Shown in pieces: positions 51,013-61,489 of a DNA stretch of 64,000 nt. Each line of letters begins with the position of its first letter. The stretch's first letter is position 1. The notes under the pieces are model-generated. The model saw nothing but the letters and a program-made list of their open reading frames with translations, made no database searches and was not told where the DNA came from. This stretch comes from a virus, in the IMG/VR virus record IMGVR_UViG_3300010391_000058, positions 19,490 through 83,489 of that record. One strand, 5' to 3'. Both the position numbers and the translations under genes were made by a program.

Positions 51013-51686
51013 GGCAATCAGTAGTTGAAGCGGTAAATAAGATCAAGGGCCTGCAGGTGCCTGGATCTTCAACCAGGGATGGCATTGCATATCAGCCATT
51101 ACCTGACTTCTTTGGCTTTAAATATATTGATTCTCAGAAAGGTGCCACTGTTAAAGATGTTTTGCGCCTGATCCAGCCGCTTATTCATAGTGGTAAAACC
51201 CTTCTTGATATCGGGGCAAACGTTGGCTATTATTCTTTTATGCTTACTGAGGATAAGGATATGACCTGCACGGTGATCGAAAAGGATCAAAACAACGTTG
51301 CTGTAATACAGGCTTTGAACGAAATGATGATTGCTACAAACCGGGCCCCGGTAAATATCAAAAGCATGCTGGTATCAGGCAAAGACAGGTTTGATTATAT
51401 ACTTATGCTCAATGTTCACCACTGGATAGAGAAAGAGCTTGGCATGGTTGGAACGATCAAATATATGACTGAGGTAGCCGGATGCTGCCAGGCCATGTTT
51501 TTTCAAACTGCACATCAACAAAGCAGATCATCATATAGAGTTGGTTATCTGAAGGATGAAAGAGATATTGAAAGGTATTTGAATGCATGTGGTTGGGAGT
51601 ATGTAATCAGGTTAGGGAATACACAACCAGAAGAGCCACGTTATTTATTTTATTGCCATCATGGTGAAAATAGTATTATAAGTTAA
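51000..51686 (+). CDS. Class I SAM-dependent methyltransferase
   Basis: YQP, LLDIGANVGYYSF, FDYILMLNVHHW. Confidence 0.8.
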   Translation: MDVLRQSVVEAVNKIKGLQVPGSSTRDGIAYQPLPDFFGFKYIDSQKGATVKDVLRLIQPLIHSGKTLLDIGANVGYYSFMLTEDKDMTCTVIEKDQNNVAVIQALNEMMIATNRAPVNIKSMLVSGKDRFDYILMLNVHHWIEKELGMVGTIKYMTEVAGCCQAMFFQTAHQQSRSSYRVGYLKDERDIERYLNACGWEYVIRLGNTQPEEPRYLFYCHHGENSIIS

Positions 51687-51693
51687 AAAGTTT

Positions 51694-52191
51694 ATGATAC
51701 CAGTATTTCAAACGAAGTTCGGCCCAAGAAACGGGAACTGCATGCAGGCAGTAGTAGCATCATTACTTGAATTACCATTGAGTGAAGTACCGGAATTCAG
51801 GGGAACAGAAAGTCAGGATGCATGGTTTGATAAGTACTGCGACTGTTTAAGGTCACATGGTTATGAGTATGATCAGATATTGAGTAATCCCCGTCAGTTA
51901 GGGGGTTATGGAGCTAACATGTTTGAAGAAATAAAAGATGGAAAGCACTCAGGGATAAAAGGAGATTTTTTTTATGCAAGCGTATATTCTCCAGGTCTTT
52001 TTGATCGGGTTCAGTATATCTGCAATCCCCTTTACAGAGGGCCTTTACGTGCGGTAGTAATTGACAGAGATTTTAATATCATTCATGACCCACATCCGCA
52101 TTATCAAGGTGTAAAGCAGTATCCATTGCATGAAAGGATTGAGTACAATGGTGTAATCGGAGTTGATATTTTCAAACCAATAATAAAGTAA
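51694..52191 (+). CDS. Papain/C39-like fold protein
   Basis: GNCMQAVVASLLEL...AVV...HDP; the expected HAVV reads RAVV. Confidence 0.55.
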   Translation: MIPVFQTKFGPRNGNCMQAVVASLLELPLSEVPEFRGTESQDAWFDKYCDCLRSHGYEYDQILSNPRQLGGYGANMFEEIKDGKHSGIKGDFFYASVYSPGLFDRVQYICNPLYRGPLRAVVIDRDFNIIHDPHPHYQGVKQYPLHERIEYNGVIGVDIFKPIIK

Positions 52192-52200
52192 AAATATTTT

Positions 52201-53193
52201 ATGAATAGAATATACACAACCTGCAACGGGCACACAGTTGACCTTCTGAATAACGAAAGAATTTATGAATGTACTAATTCCCCGGTGGCATATAAGATCA
52301 GGCTGAAGGGTGGTGAATTACTTGAAGTGTATCACCGTGATTATACATTAGAAAAGCTATGCTTGACCGAAATAAAAAGGCAGTGGGATGAGGCGCTAAA
52401 AAGCAAAGCGGTAAATTTAGGTGGAACCGGTGGTGAAGATATACCACCCGGCAGCTGGAGAGATCAGAAGCAAAAGGAGTTCATCAAAAAAATGAATGAT
52501 GATTTTGAAAAGATATGGGTGATGGAGGGGGAGGCCCTGGCAAATTATTTAAAAGACTTACCAGCCGGGCAAACTACTTTCCGGGGGTTTTTCCGGCCTG
52601 CAAGGGAAAGCGGGAAGGAATATGAGCAACAAAGAATTAAGGACACAATAGATCAAATCAATGTTGTTTTTGGTGAGGCGAATAAAGTAATTGATGAGTT
52701 CCTGCGGGCAAAAAAAGAATTTGAAAAAACAAAGCGCATCAACTATTCATTTGACTTCAATAGTATTGGTCTAGCCAATAAACTAAAAAACTTTAATCAG
52801 GAAAAGCCGAAGAGCCTGGAGCAGCTGCGTGAAGATCTGAAACAGGCAATAAAAGAACGTGATGCATTTGAGAACCATTCTCAGCATAGGTATTATCCGC
52901 TTTCACTAAACAGCTTAAATAAGAAAATTTCAGATATCACTGATGAAATAAAAAAGATGGAGCCCCGGAAAAGGCTTTTACGGATAAGGTGTAATGAGAA
53001 TGCAGGGCCTTCTTACCGGTATAAATGGATAGTGATGCGGGAAGATTTTACGGAGGAACTAGCGGAAAGCGTTGAAATAAAGGTGCCTACCTTTACGACA
53101 TTCGAAAAACTGCCTGATGGAATAGAAAAAGCACATATCAGCATGTACTATATTAATCTTCAATGGATTGATAGAAAATTAATCGTATCTTAG
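52201..53193 (+). CDS. Hypothetical protein
   Basis: Long ORF, coiled-coil middle. Confidence 0.65.
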   Translation: MNRIYTTCNGHTVDLLNNERIYECTNSPVAYKIRLKGGELLEVYHRDYTLEKLCLTEIKRQWDEALKSKAVNLGGTGGEDIPPGSWRDQKQKEFIKKMNDDFEKIWVMEGEALANYLKDLPAGQTTFRGFFRPARESGKEYEQQRIKDTIDQINVVFGEANKVIDEFLRAKKEFEKTKRINYSFDFNSIGLANKLKNFNQEKPKSLEQLREDLKQAIKERDAFENHSQHRYYPLSLNSLNKKISDITDEIKKMEPRKRLLRIRCNENAGPSYRYKWIVMREDFTEELAESVEIKVPTFTTFEKLPDGIEKAHISMYYINLQWIDRKLIVS

Positions 53194-53204
53194 GAGGTAA
53201 ATAA

Positions 53205-53693
53205 ATGACTGAAGTAGATAAAAATATCAGCACAAACCCGCAAAATGCGGGTGGATCACGGGAAAAAACTTATGATGTTGGTCATGCAAAGCCTCCTGTA
53301 CAGCATCAATTTTCATCAACAAACCAGCCTGATCCTTCAAAATCAGCGGAGACAAAAAGGCGAAAAAGATTTACCAGAGAAACGCTAAAAGAGCTGCTGA
53401 ACAGGCGATATACATTTGATGATGCTAGTCAGGTAAAAGCTCAGCTGGTAAAAGCGTATGGTGAAAAGGCAGTTATGAAAATGACGGTCATGGAAATTGC
53501 TACGATCATGCAGATGCATAAGGCAATAATTAAAGGTGATACTCAGGCTTTTAATTCATTAATGGTCAATACATTTGGACAGCCAAAACAACCACTGGAA
53601 CATTCAGGGCCCGGTGGTGCCCCGATTCAGCATGCTCAAACGATCACTCAGGTCATTATAAATAATCCACATAAGAAAAAACCTACCGAATAA
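53205..53693 (+). CDS. terS: Terminase small subunit (putative)
   Basis: YDVGHAKPP..QF, KAIIKGD, EHSGPGG; directly upstream of TerL. Confidence 0.7.
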   Translation: MTEVDKNISTNPQNAGGSREKTYDVGHAKPPVQHQFSSTNQPDPSKSAETKRRKRFTRETLKELLNRRYTFDDASQVKAQLVKAYGEKAVMKMTVMEIATIMQMHKAIIKGDTQAFNSLMVNTFGQPKQPLEHSGPGGAPIQHAQTITQVIINNPHKKKPTE

Positions 53694-53701
53694 TAACATG
53701 T

Positions 53702-55366
53702 ATGCAGGATGTGATCATAAATCAAAAGATGGTAGAGCCCTCATGTCCTCAGTTTGATATCATTACAAGCCCTCAGCAAGTAAATCTGTTCATGGCCGGG
53801 CAGGGATCAGGAAAAACCTTTGTTGGCGGGGTTGTTTCCGGCAGATTGATTACCAGGTTCCCTAAAGTGCATGGCTTCATTGGTGCCAATACTCATCTTC
53901 AGCTATCAGATTCAACACTATTCCGGATCAGGAAGGTATGGAAGGAAGATTTTGCCTGGACTGAATGGAGTAAGGACAACCCGAATGGATGCTATGTAGT
54001 GAACATACAGCCCCCGGCCCATTTCAATACCGATGATCATGAATACACGACTTACCGGGGAAAGATATGCTTCAGTTGGGGTACTGTAGTGTTCATGGGT
54101 AGCCTTGCGAATTACGAAGCTCATGAAGGAAAAGAATTTGCCTGGGCTATCCTGGATGAGACAAAGGACACTAAAGAAGAGGCGGTGAAGGAAGTAATAA
54201 CCGGCAGGCTTCGTGAACAGGGGGTGTACCTGGATGAAGATGATGAATTTGCGGATAAGGAAACTTTGTCAGTGGATGCTGAAGGCAATATCACTGAGAG
54301 GAAAATAAACAGGCCCTTCAACCCTTTATATATTCTAACATCCCCGGCAAAGGTTCAGTGGATTAATGAATGGTTTAACCTGGATGAGCATACAAAAGAA
54401 ATCACTGAATCAATTTATAGTAAGGATACATACTTTTTAAAAGATATTGGCAATAAGCGTGTAACGATCAGCTCAGTATATCACAATGAGCATAACCTAC
54501 CTTCCACCTTCATCCCAAACCAGCTGATGAACCTGCATTCGGGCCTGCAGGATATGTTGATATATGGAAATCCTTTCAGCAATACCGGGGGAGAGTTTTA
54601 TAAGTGTTTCCAGCGAACAAAGAACGTGATCAATGTAAGAAAGCTACTGGTTAATATCGCAAAGGATAATGAACCGGAAAACCTTCAGCCTATTTTCGAT
54701 GATGTGGAAGGCAACCGGGCTTATTGTAAGAGTTTGGCGCTGCATATTTCCTTTGACTTCAACGTAAATCCGTACATGACCTGCACAATATGGCAGATAA
54801 AAGGAAAGCTTGCAGTGCAGATAGATGAGATCTGTTTACCAAACCCCCGCAATACAACGGTTGATGTATGTAGGGAATTTATTCGAAGATACCAGGGGCA
54901 TACTGCTGGCCTTCTAATTTACGGTGATCCATCCGGCAGGCATGAAGATACCAGGACAGAAAAAGGCTTTAATGATTTTACAGTAATTGTAAAGGCCCTG
55001 GTACAGTTCAGGCCTGCATTAAGAATAATGAGTGTGGCCCCGGCAGTAGTTATGAGAGGCAATTTTATAAATACAATATTTGAAAAAGGGTATGAAGGGA
55101 TACAGATATTCATTCATGAGAAGTGCCCGAAGTCAATAGATGATTTTGTTTATCTGAAGGAGGCCAGTGATGCTACAAAGCTTAAAGAGAAAGTAAAAAA
55201 TCCAGATACCAACGTGACTTATGAGAAGTTCGGACATACCAGTGATTCGGCAGATTATTTCCTTTGTGTTGCATTCTCCACAGAGTTCAATAAGTACAAA
55301 AGCGGTGGAACAGCCAGCATGCCGGCATCAAGTGGTAAGACTGCTCCATCAAAGAATACTTACTAA
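53702..55366 (+). CDS. terL: Terminase large subunit
   Basis: AGQGSGKT, AILDE, SFDFNVNP, YGDPSG, GHTSDSADY. Confidence 0.92.
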   Translation: MQDVIINQKMVEPSCPQFDIITSPQQVNLFMAGQGSGKTFVGGVVSGRLITRFPKVHGFIGANTHLQLSDSTLFRIRKVWKEDFAWTEWSKDNPNGCYVVNIQPPAHFNTDDHEYTTYRGKICFSWGTVVFMGSLANYEAHEGKEFAWAILDETKDTKEEAVKEVITGRLREQGVYLDEDDEFADKETLSVDAEGNITERKINRPFNPLYILTSPAKVQWINEWFNLDEHTKEITESIYSKDTYFLKDIGNKRVTISSVYHNEHNLPSTFIPNQLMNLHSGLQDMLIYGNPFSNTGGEFYKCFQRTKNVINVRKLLVNIAKDNEPENLQPIFDDVEGNRAYCKSLALHISFDFNVNPYMTCTIWQIKGKLAVQIDEICLPNPRNTTVDVCREFIRRYQGHTAGLLIYGDPSGRHEDTRTEKGFNDFTVIVKALVQFRPALRIMSVAPAVVMRGNFINTIFEKGYEGIQIFIHEKCPKSIDDFVYLKEASDATKLKEKVKNPDTNVTYEKFGHTSDSADYFLCVAFSTEFNKYKSGGTASMPASSGKTAPSKNTY

Positions 55367-55425
55367 AGTGGCACACTTTTTTACCTGATATCAGAAAACC
55401 ATTATATTTACTCAAACTTTTATGC

Positions 55426-55974
55426 ATGGCTGCAACGTTTGATTGACAAGAAGATACCGGTACTGCCACCGGATCGCCTGCAAAGGGAACAACCAGGACA
55501 ACAGGTGTAACAGATGTTAACTGGAAAAACAGCGGTGTTCAAGGTGATGCATATAGCTCATTCCCGATATCTGCCGGCAACAATTCATTTGAGAAGTGGC
55601 AGTTTGGTAAATTCACCGGAACATTCAACCAGATATTAGGCGGCTTGTTTGCACATACAGCAACAGCATTTGGAACCGGGCTTACATTGAAAGGCCCTCC
55701 AGCGTGTACCGGTGATGGAGACAGGTTGCTTTATACCACTCCTTCAGCAACAACGAATGCGAACCTTACAAACAATATGACTTCAGTCATTGCGATAGGT
55801 TCAGGTGTTGCAGTATTTTTCAGTGCCACCGGCCCTGAAGCAACTGGTAAGGCAGCTTCAACAACTTCAAACCCCGGATATACAAACTTTTTGACAACGC
55901 AATTACAGACCACAACGCCTGCTGCAGGTGATACGGCAACTGTAACTTTAACTTTGGAGTATCAGGAGAATTAA
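55426..55974 (+). CDS. Virion-associated Thr/Gly-rich protein with in-frame TGA at codon 7
   Basis: MAATFD*QEDTGTATGSPAKGTTR... is continuous and in frame with ORF 55645-55974. Confidence 0.65.
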
Positions 55975-56233
55975 AACTTTCTTTATGGCAACAGAAACAT
56001 TAATTTGCGAATGCGGTGATGATAAGAATCACGTGCAGTATGTTGATAAGAACAAAGACACCGTTATAACGTGTACAGTATGTGAAATGTTTTTAAAGCA
56101 AAAAGATAAGCAGCCTGGCATTCCTGAAACAACACTTGATGCAGTGAAAGAAGCAAAAAAAGTAAAAGAAGTCGGCGCTGACAAGATCAAGGAAGCAACT
56201 GAGTAGCTATTATTAACCAGATAGGGCAATACA

Positions 56234-56680
56234 ATGCCCGAAACGCAATACAATGCAATGTCTGAACCTCTAAAATACCTCTTCAAGGCCCTTTTCAAAG
56301 ATGGAAAGGGATACGAACAAAACCCCGATGATGTTTCCGTTAATGATCCCACTACATCATGCTATGCCGATATCAAGGATAAAGAGATAGAGCTATTCAT
56401 GCTCAGCGAAGGCGGTAAGTTCGATACAAATACATACCTGGTAAACTTAATTGACGGTCATTTTGAAATAAATGATATCGTTTTTTTCATGCATGATGAA
56501 AGATACCTAACTGATTACAAATTAATATACTTCAGGCGGGTAAGGGAATCAATACAGATGAATGCAGGAACCGGTGAATTAGATCGGAGTACCAGGAAGC
56601 GTGAAGTGACGTTTCGTTTTGGATGGGAGGCAAAAGATAAGGACGGAAATGTGTTTAAGCGAATAATGGAAATTGAGTAA
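56234..56680 (+). CDS. Hypothetical protein
   Basis: ORF track, in cassette. Confidence 0.65.
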   Translation: MPETQYNAMSEPLKYLFKALFKDGKGYEQNPDDVSVNDPTTSCYADIKDKEIELFMLSEGGKFDTNTYLVNLIDGHFEINDIVFFMHDERYLTDYKLIYFRRVRESIQMNAGTGELDRSTRKREVTFRFGWEAKDKDGNVFKRIMEIE

Positions 56681-56709
56681 TATATCAATCCTAACATAAA
56701 CCCATTAAC

Positions 56710-57591
56710 ATGAAAAAGATTCTCATCTCAGTTTTGTTACTTGTTTTTTTTACAAGCATAAATTCTCAACCAGCCAAAAATCCTTTGGACAGCATTAAAG
56801 CACTTGCTGGTGGAAACCTTTATCAGTACCCGCATGATAAGCCTCCCCGATTTGTAGGAACATTTATTTCTAAAGACAATAATGGGAACATTATTATTGG
56901 GCAAAATCCTACGCTTACAGGTATCACTGTAGATAATTTTATCTATTCGCATGATGCTATAATAGACAACTCTCTCAATAATACTTCGTTTGCCAATCAT
57001 ATTAAAATGTATTCTGTTAGAGGTACATTTTCTGACGGTGCAGATCACCACCTATTAGAAGGCGGGAATTATTCTACTACACTAGGTGATGGTAATTGGC
57101 AAGGCGGGTATGCTGGATATGTTGATGGATCAGGTTGTGAGAACTATGTTACTTACGGAAGAATTGGTGGGCTTATAAGTCGAAATGGTAGAAAGCTATT
57201 TCCTAATGAATTTTCCAATTCGGATATTTATGGGCTTGCAATGGTCAATGAAGGAAATGATAATTTTTCCAGAGGAAAGCAAATAACCACAAGGGGCAAT
57301 AATATTTACGTTTTGGGGTATGGCCCAACCACAGTAACAGAACCGGGATTTCATATCATTTTTGGAACTGAAAAATTTGGTGTGCTTACTGATGGCAGAG
57401 TACGAATAAATGGAATTACCTATACTTTTCCACCACCGGGGCCAGTTACCCCCGGATCGGTACTTACTAATGATGGAAACGGAAATTTGCAATGGACTGT
57501 TCCGGCTGCAGCCCCGCAAATAAAAAGTTTCATGATATACGATACGATGGGTAATATAAGGATTGCTGTACCTGTACCAAAAACTTTCTAA
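56710..57591 (+). CDS. Signal-peptide-bearing fibre-like protein
   Basis: N-terminal signal; VLTNDGNGNLQW fibre motif. Confidence 0.5.
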   Translation: MKKILISVLLLVFFTSINSQPAKNPLDSIKALAGGNLYQYPHDKPPRFVGTFISKDNNGNIIIGQNPTLTGITVDNFIYSHDAIIDNSLNNTSFANHIKMYSVRGTFSDGADHHLLEGGNYSTTLGDGNWQGGYAGYVDGSGCENYVTYGRIGGLISRNGRKLFPNEFSNSDIYGLAMVNEGNDNFSRGKQITTRGNNIYVLGYGPTTVTEPGFHIIFGTEKFGVLTDGRVRINGITYTFPPPGPVTPGSVLTNDGNGNLQWTVPAAAPQIKSFMIYDTMGNIRIAVPVPKTF

Positions 57592-60026
57592 TGACCCCGG
57601 TTGCCTGTTGCGGATATGAGTGTGGTGGTATAGACCACGTTACCTTATCGGGAACTGCCTCCATTGATACTACTACAAAAAGAAACGGGGCAAGAGCATT
57701 AAGAGTAAATCCTTCTGCTTCAACAGGTCAGGCAAGTCATACATCACCAAGTGCCAGCGTTATTGTTGTAAGAGGATATATCAGGTTTGCTACTTTACCT
57801 AATGCTGATACCGCTTTAATGTTTATTGCTGGAGGCACTAATGCCGGGGCAGCATTTAAGCAGTCAGATTCAAAAATATATCCTTATGCTAACGGTGTTT
57901 TTGGCAGCACTGGTGTATCAGTAACGACAGGACAATGGTACCGATTAGACATAAAAATAAATATTACAAATAATCCGTGGACAATAGATGTTTCAGTAGA
58001 TGGAACTACTACCACTCAATTAACTCATACTGCTGCTGGTACAGCAATATCGAATTTTAATTGTGGTGCGGCAAGTTCTGTAACTGCAGATATTTATTTT
58101 GATGATTTTGTTATTTCAAATACTACTGGAGATTATCCTATAGGGCCCGGAAAGGTTGAGAATTTCGTTCCTACTGCAGACGGCACACATAATGTGGCCG
58201 GAACGAATGACTTTGAACGGTCATTAACCGGAACGGACATTGATAACACTACCACGACTGCTTATCAGCTTGTTGATGATATTCCGTTAGATGCAGGAAC
58301 GCCAACCGATTTTATAAATCTTATAGCCCCTGTCAACGCAACAGATTATGTAGAGGTAATTTTTGGCCCTGCTCCAGGTATAAGCACACCTACTGTTGCT
58401 CCACGGGGAGTAGAGGTTATTACAGTAAGTGCTGCTTTTGGAACAGGAACAAATAACTTACGATTAGGGTTAAATGATAATGGGACTATTGATGATGTAA
58501 GAAACGCAACCGTTGGTTCAACTACCTGTATTTATAATCGAAAGCATTATGTTGACCCGCCTAGCGCTGCCTCAGCCTGGACAGTAGTTTCTGGAAACGG
58601 AAACTTCAATAATGTACGGATGCGGTGTTACTCCAGTGATGCCAACCCCGATCCGTATTTCGTTGGGGTAATGATTGAAGCGGAGTTCGCTACTACTGAT
58701 AATACAATAGTAGATAAGACCATAACGGGTAAAGCCAGGATTCAAGTCGCTGTTGATCAAACTATCACCGGTAAGTCTCGTATCAGGGTAACTGTTGATC
58801 AAACCACTACAGGTAAATCCAGAATACAAACCACTGTTGATGCAGTAACTACAGGTAAAGCACGTATTCAAAATACTGTTGATGCAGTGCAAACTGGTAA
58901 GGCGAATATCAGGGCTACCACCGATCAAGTTCAGACGGGAAAGGCCAGAATTCAAGTTGTTGTTGATCAAACTATTTCAGGAAAAGCATCTATTATAACT
59001 CCTGTTGCTCAAACTATTACGGGGGTTGCACGGATTACTGTTGTAACCGATAGAACGATATCAGGTGTTGCAAGAATTCGGAACACTGTTGATGCGAATA
59101 TAACTGGTAAAGCACGTATCCAGGCCGTTGTTGATGCAACTGTTACCGGTAAAGCAAGGATAACTGCTGTAACTGCTCAAACTCAACTAGGTAAAGCCCG
59201 TATCACTGCAATAACTGACAGGGCTCAAACAGGTAAGGCACAGATTCGTGTAACGACTGCTCAAACAATATCCGGTGTTTCACGGATTCAGAAAACAGTT
59301 GATGCAGTTATTACAGGCGTTTCCAGGATCACAGCGGCAGTGGATCGTACTCAGACTGGTAAAGCACGCATTCAGGTAACAACCGATGCAACGATATCCG
59401 GAGCTGCTAGGATCATGCAGACCGTTGATGCTACCATAACAGGAAAGGCTAATATCAGAACCACATCTGATGTAACCATAACCGGTGTAAGTAGAATTCA
59501 GTTAACCGTTGATCAAAACATAACTGGAGTATCACGGATTCAAAAAACAACTGATGTAACTCAGCTTGGTAAGGCCAGGATACATGCAACCAGTTCTGCA
59601 ACCATAACAGGTAAAGCATCCATTATTGTTTCCGGTACTACTCAGGTAACAATTACCGGTGTTTCCAGAATACGAGTAACAAATAGTGCTACAATAACGG
59701 GAACCTCCAGGATACAAACTACTGCCGATAAAATACAAACTGGAAAAAGCCGGATACAAAGTACAAGTGATGCTGTTATTACAGGGGTAGCTAGAATTCG
59801 AATGGTAGTTGCAGCGACAATTTCAGGAAAGGCCCGCATTCAATTGGTTGTTATGGTTAATCAGCAAGGACGGGCCCGGATACAAAGGACAGTGGCAGTA
59901 ACCCAAACAGGTAAAGCTAGGATTACCGGCGGCGCTGTAATACCGGATATAAAAGTCAACATGGATGGATCTCTTAATGCAGAGTTCAAAAGAAATTCTA
60001 CTTTTACACAAATCGTTAAGCTATGA
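57591..60026 (+). CDS. Fibre protein: lectin/LamG-like head plus 14-aa repeat shaft
   Basis: TTGQWYRLDI...IYFDDFVI beta-sandwich, followed by tandem repeats. Confidence 0.65.
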   Translation: MTPVACCGYECGGIDHVTLSGTASIDTTTKRNGARALRVNPSASTGQASHTSPSASVIVVRGYIRFATLPNADTALMFIAGGTNAGAAFKQSDSKIYPYANGVFGSTGVSVTTGQWYRLDIKINITNNPWTIDVSVDGTTTTQLTHTAAGTAISNFNCGAASSVTADIYFDDFVISNTTGDYPIGPGKVENFVPTADGTHNVAGTNDFERSLTGTDIDNTTTTAYQLVDDIPLDAGTPTDFINLIAPVNATDYVEVIFGPAPGISTPTVAPRGVEVITVSAAFGTGTNNLRLGLNDNGTIDDVRNATVGSTTCIYNRKHYVDPPSAASAWTVVSGNGNFNNVRMRCYSSDANPDPYFVGVMIEAEFATTDNTIVDKTITGKARIQVAVDQTITGKSRIRVTVDQTTTGKSRIQTTVDAVTTGKARIQNTVDAVQTGKANIRATTDQVQTGKARIQVVVDQTISGKASIITPVAQTITGVARITVVTDRTISGVARIRNTVDANITGKARIQAVVDATVTGKARITAVTAQTQLGKARITAITDRAQTGKAQIRVTTAQTISGVSRIQKTVDAVITGVSRITAAVDRTQTGKARIQVTTDATISGAARIMQTVDATITGKANIRTTSDVTITGVSRIQLTVDQNITGVSRIQKTTDVTQLGKARIHATSSATITGKASIIVSGTTQVTITGVSRIRVTNSATITGTSRIQTTADKIQTGKSRIQSTSDAVITGVARIRMVVAATISGKARIQLVVMVNQQGRARIQRTVAVTQTGKARITGGAVIPDIKVNMDGSLNAEFKRNSTFTQIVKL
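58704..59928 (+). repeat. About 29 tandem 14-aa (42-nt) coding repeats, consensus xxVDQTITGKARIQ
   Basis: Counted in the translation; codons diverge between copies. Confidence 0.9.
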
Positions 60027-60307
60027 TTACAGTAACCCAGGTGTTCATGTTTGATGATATCAGAATATCTATCAACCTAAAACAAGATTTATCCAGTGCA
60101 ACGGGAACAAAAATATTATATAAAAAGCCCGATGGAACTGTTGGAGAATGGACTGGAACAGTAAGCGGAGAAACATTATATTTCGATTGTGTTTTAGGGG
60201 AAATAGATCAACCGGGTCACTGGCAATTTGAGGGAAGAGCGGTGATAAGCGGTAAGCAAAGTTCAGGGATATTAACATTGTGGGTTGATCAGCGGCTAGA
60301 TGTATAG
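60023..60307 (+). CDS. BppU-N-like small structural protein
   Basis: DLSSAT..ILYKKPDGT.GEW...DQPGHW. Confidence 0.55.
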   Translation: MITVTQVFMFDDIRISINLKQDLSSATGTKILYKKPDGTVGEWTGTVSGETLYFDCVLGEIDQPGHWQFEGRAVISGKQSSGILTLWVDQRLDV

Positions 60308-60341
60308 TGCCGTAATTGAAAATTAATATTATATTTGGTCT

Positions 60342-61244
60342 ATGGGGTACTTAATTCAATTTGACTATGAACGGTTAATACAGGATGTTACCCTGAAGCA
60401 AATCATTTCAACAAATGGTAAGCTTATACCTCCCGCTGAGCTTGCAGCAATTACTGAAGTACGATCTTACCTGAAAGCGAAGTACGATGTCGATTCAGAA
60501 TTCACTGATACATCATTATACAACCATGGTGCTACTTACAAGGCAGCAAACCGGGTGTATCTGAATGCAGCTTTTTATAATGAAAAGATCACCTATGCCC
60601 TAAATATATTAACACTCCGGCAGGGAAAAGTGTATGTATGTACAACAGCTATTACCGTTGCTGAAGAATTTGATGCAGATCATTGGCTGCTATTGGGAGA
60701 TCAGTACGATATTTTTTATTGCATATATCCTAAAGAGGTATTTGAATTATCGAAGTTGTATGAAAAAGATGATCAGGTATTTTGGAAAGGGAAAGTTTAC
60801 ATCTGCCAAATTGCAAGCCGGGATATCAACCATGATGAAAGTATTCAATACAACTCAACAAACAGCTTCCCTTATCCAAATGTTTTTCCCGATGATCCAA
60901 AGAACGGGGTTAAATATTGGGGCGCTGGTACAACTTACACGGTGCCTGCAGGCAGCTTAATACCAGAGGACATACCGGAGCCAGATATATATTGGGCAAA
61001 GGGAGACAACCGGAATCAGCAATTGATATTGTTTGTTTTGGATATCCTTATTTATCATTTGTATCGCAGAATACCACCGGCCATTGTTCCTGAAATACGC
61101 ATCTTTGCATATCAGCAAGCGATAGCATGGCTGAAAAACGTTTCGAAAGGGAATGATATTGTTGCAGAGATAACCAGGAATCAGCCGCCTGCCGGTAATA
61201 TGATACGGTTCGGGAGTAGGCCCAAATTGGAGAATTTTTATTAA
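60342..61244 (+). CDS. Mu gp36/DUF1320-like head-tail connector with an internal insertion
   Basis: AELAAITEVRSYL...Y N-terminus and DILIYHLY...YQQAIAWLKNV C-terminus; upstream of the portal. Confidence 0.65.
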   Translation: MGYLIQFDYERLIQDVTLKQIISTNGKLIPPAELAAITEVRSYLKAKYDVDSEFTDTSLYNHGATYKAANRVYLNAAFYNEKITYALNILTLRQGKVYVCTTAITVAEEFDADHWLLLGDQYDIFYCIYPKEVFELSKLYEKDDQVFWKGKVYICQIASRDINHDESIQYNSTNSFPYPNVFPDDPKNGVKYWGAGTTYTVPAGSLIPEDIPEPDIYWAKGDNRNQQLILFVLDILIYHLYRRIPPAIVPEIRIFAYQQAIAWLKNVSKGNDIVAEITRNQPPAGNMIRFGSRPKLENFY

Positions 61245-61489
61245 AATATTTTTATGCGGCAACCAGGAACAAAGAACAGGGAAAAGGAAATTTCGGAGGT
61301 GATTGGAAAGGATATTGATAATGAAGATAAGTTTTTAGCTGAGTTGATCGCTGGTAAAGCAAGGTGGGCCAGGATAGCCAATGAATTACAGAAAGAAGGC
61401 AAGCCGAATGAAAGGGAAAAGGAATATTCAGAGGCATATAAAGTGCTGATAAATAAATTTTCGGAAATAGAACCTCCTGAAAAAGCATC

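Noticed and set aside
51694-52191. His-to-Arg change at the presumed catalytic HAVV of the papain-like protein
   Set aside because: A single-base difference (CGT vs CAT) judged from memory of the family; cannot be separated from natural variation or error without an alignment.
58704-59928. Possible CRISPR array or DNA tandem repeat
   Set aside because: The repeats are protein-level with divergent codons and no spacers.
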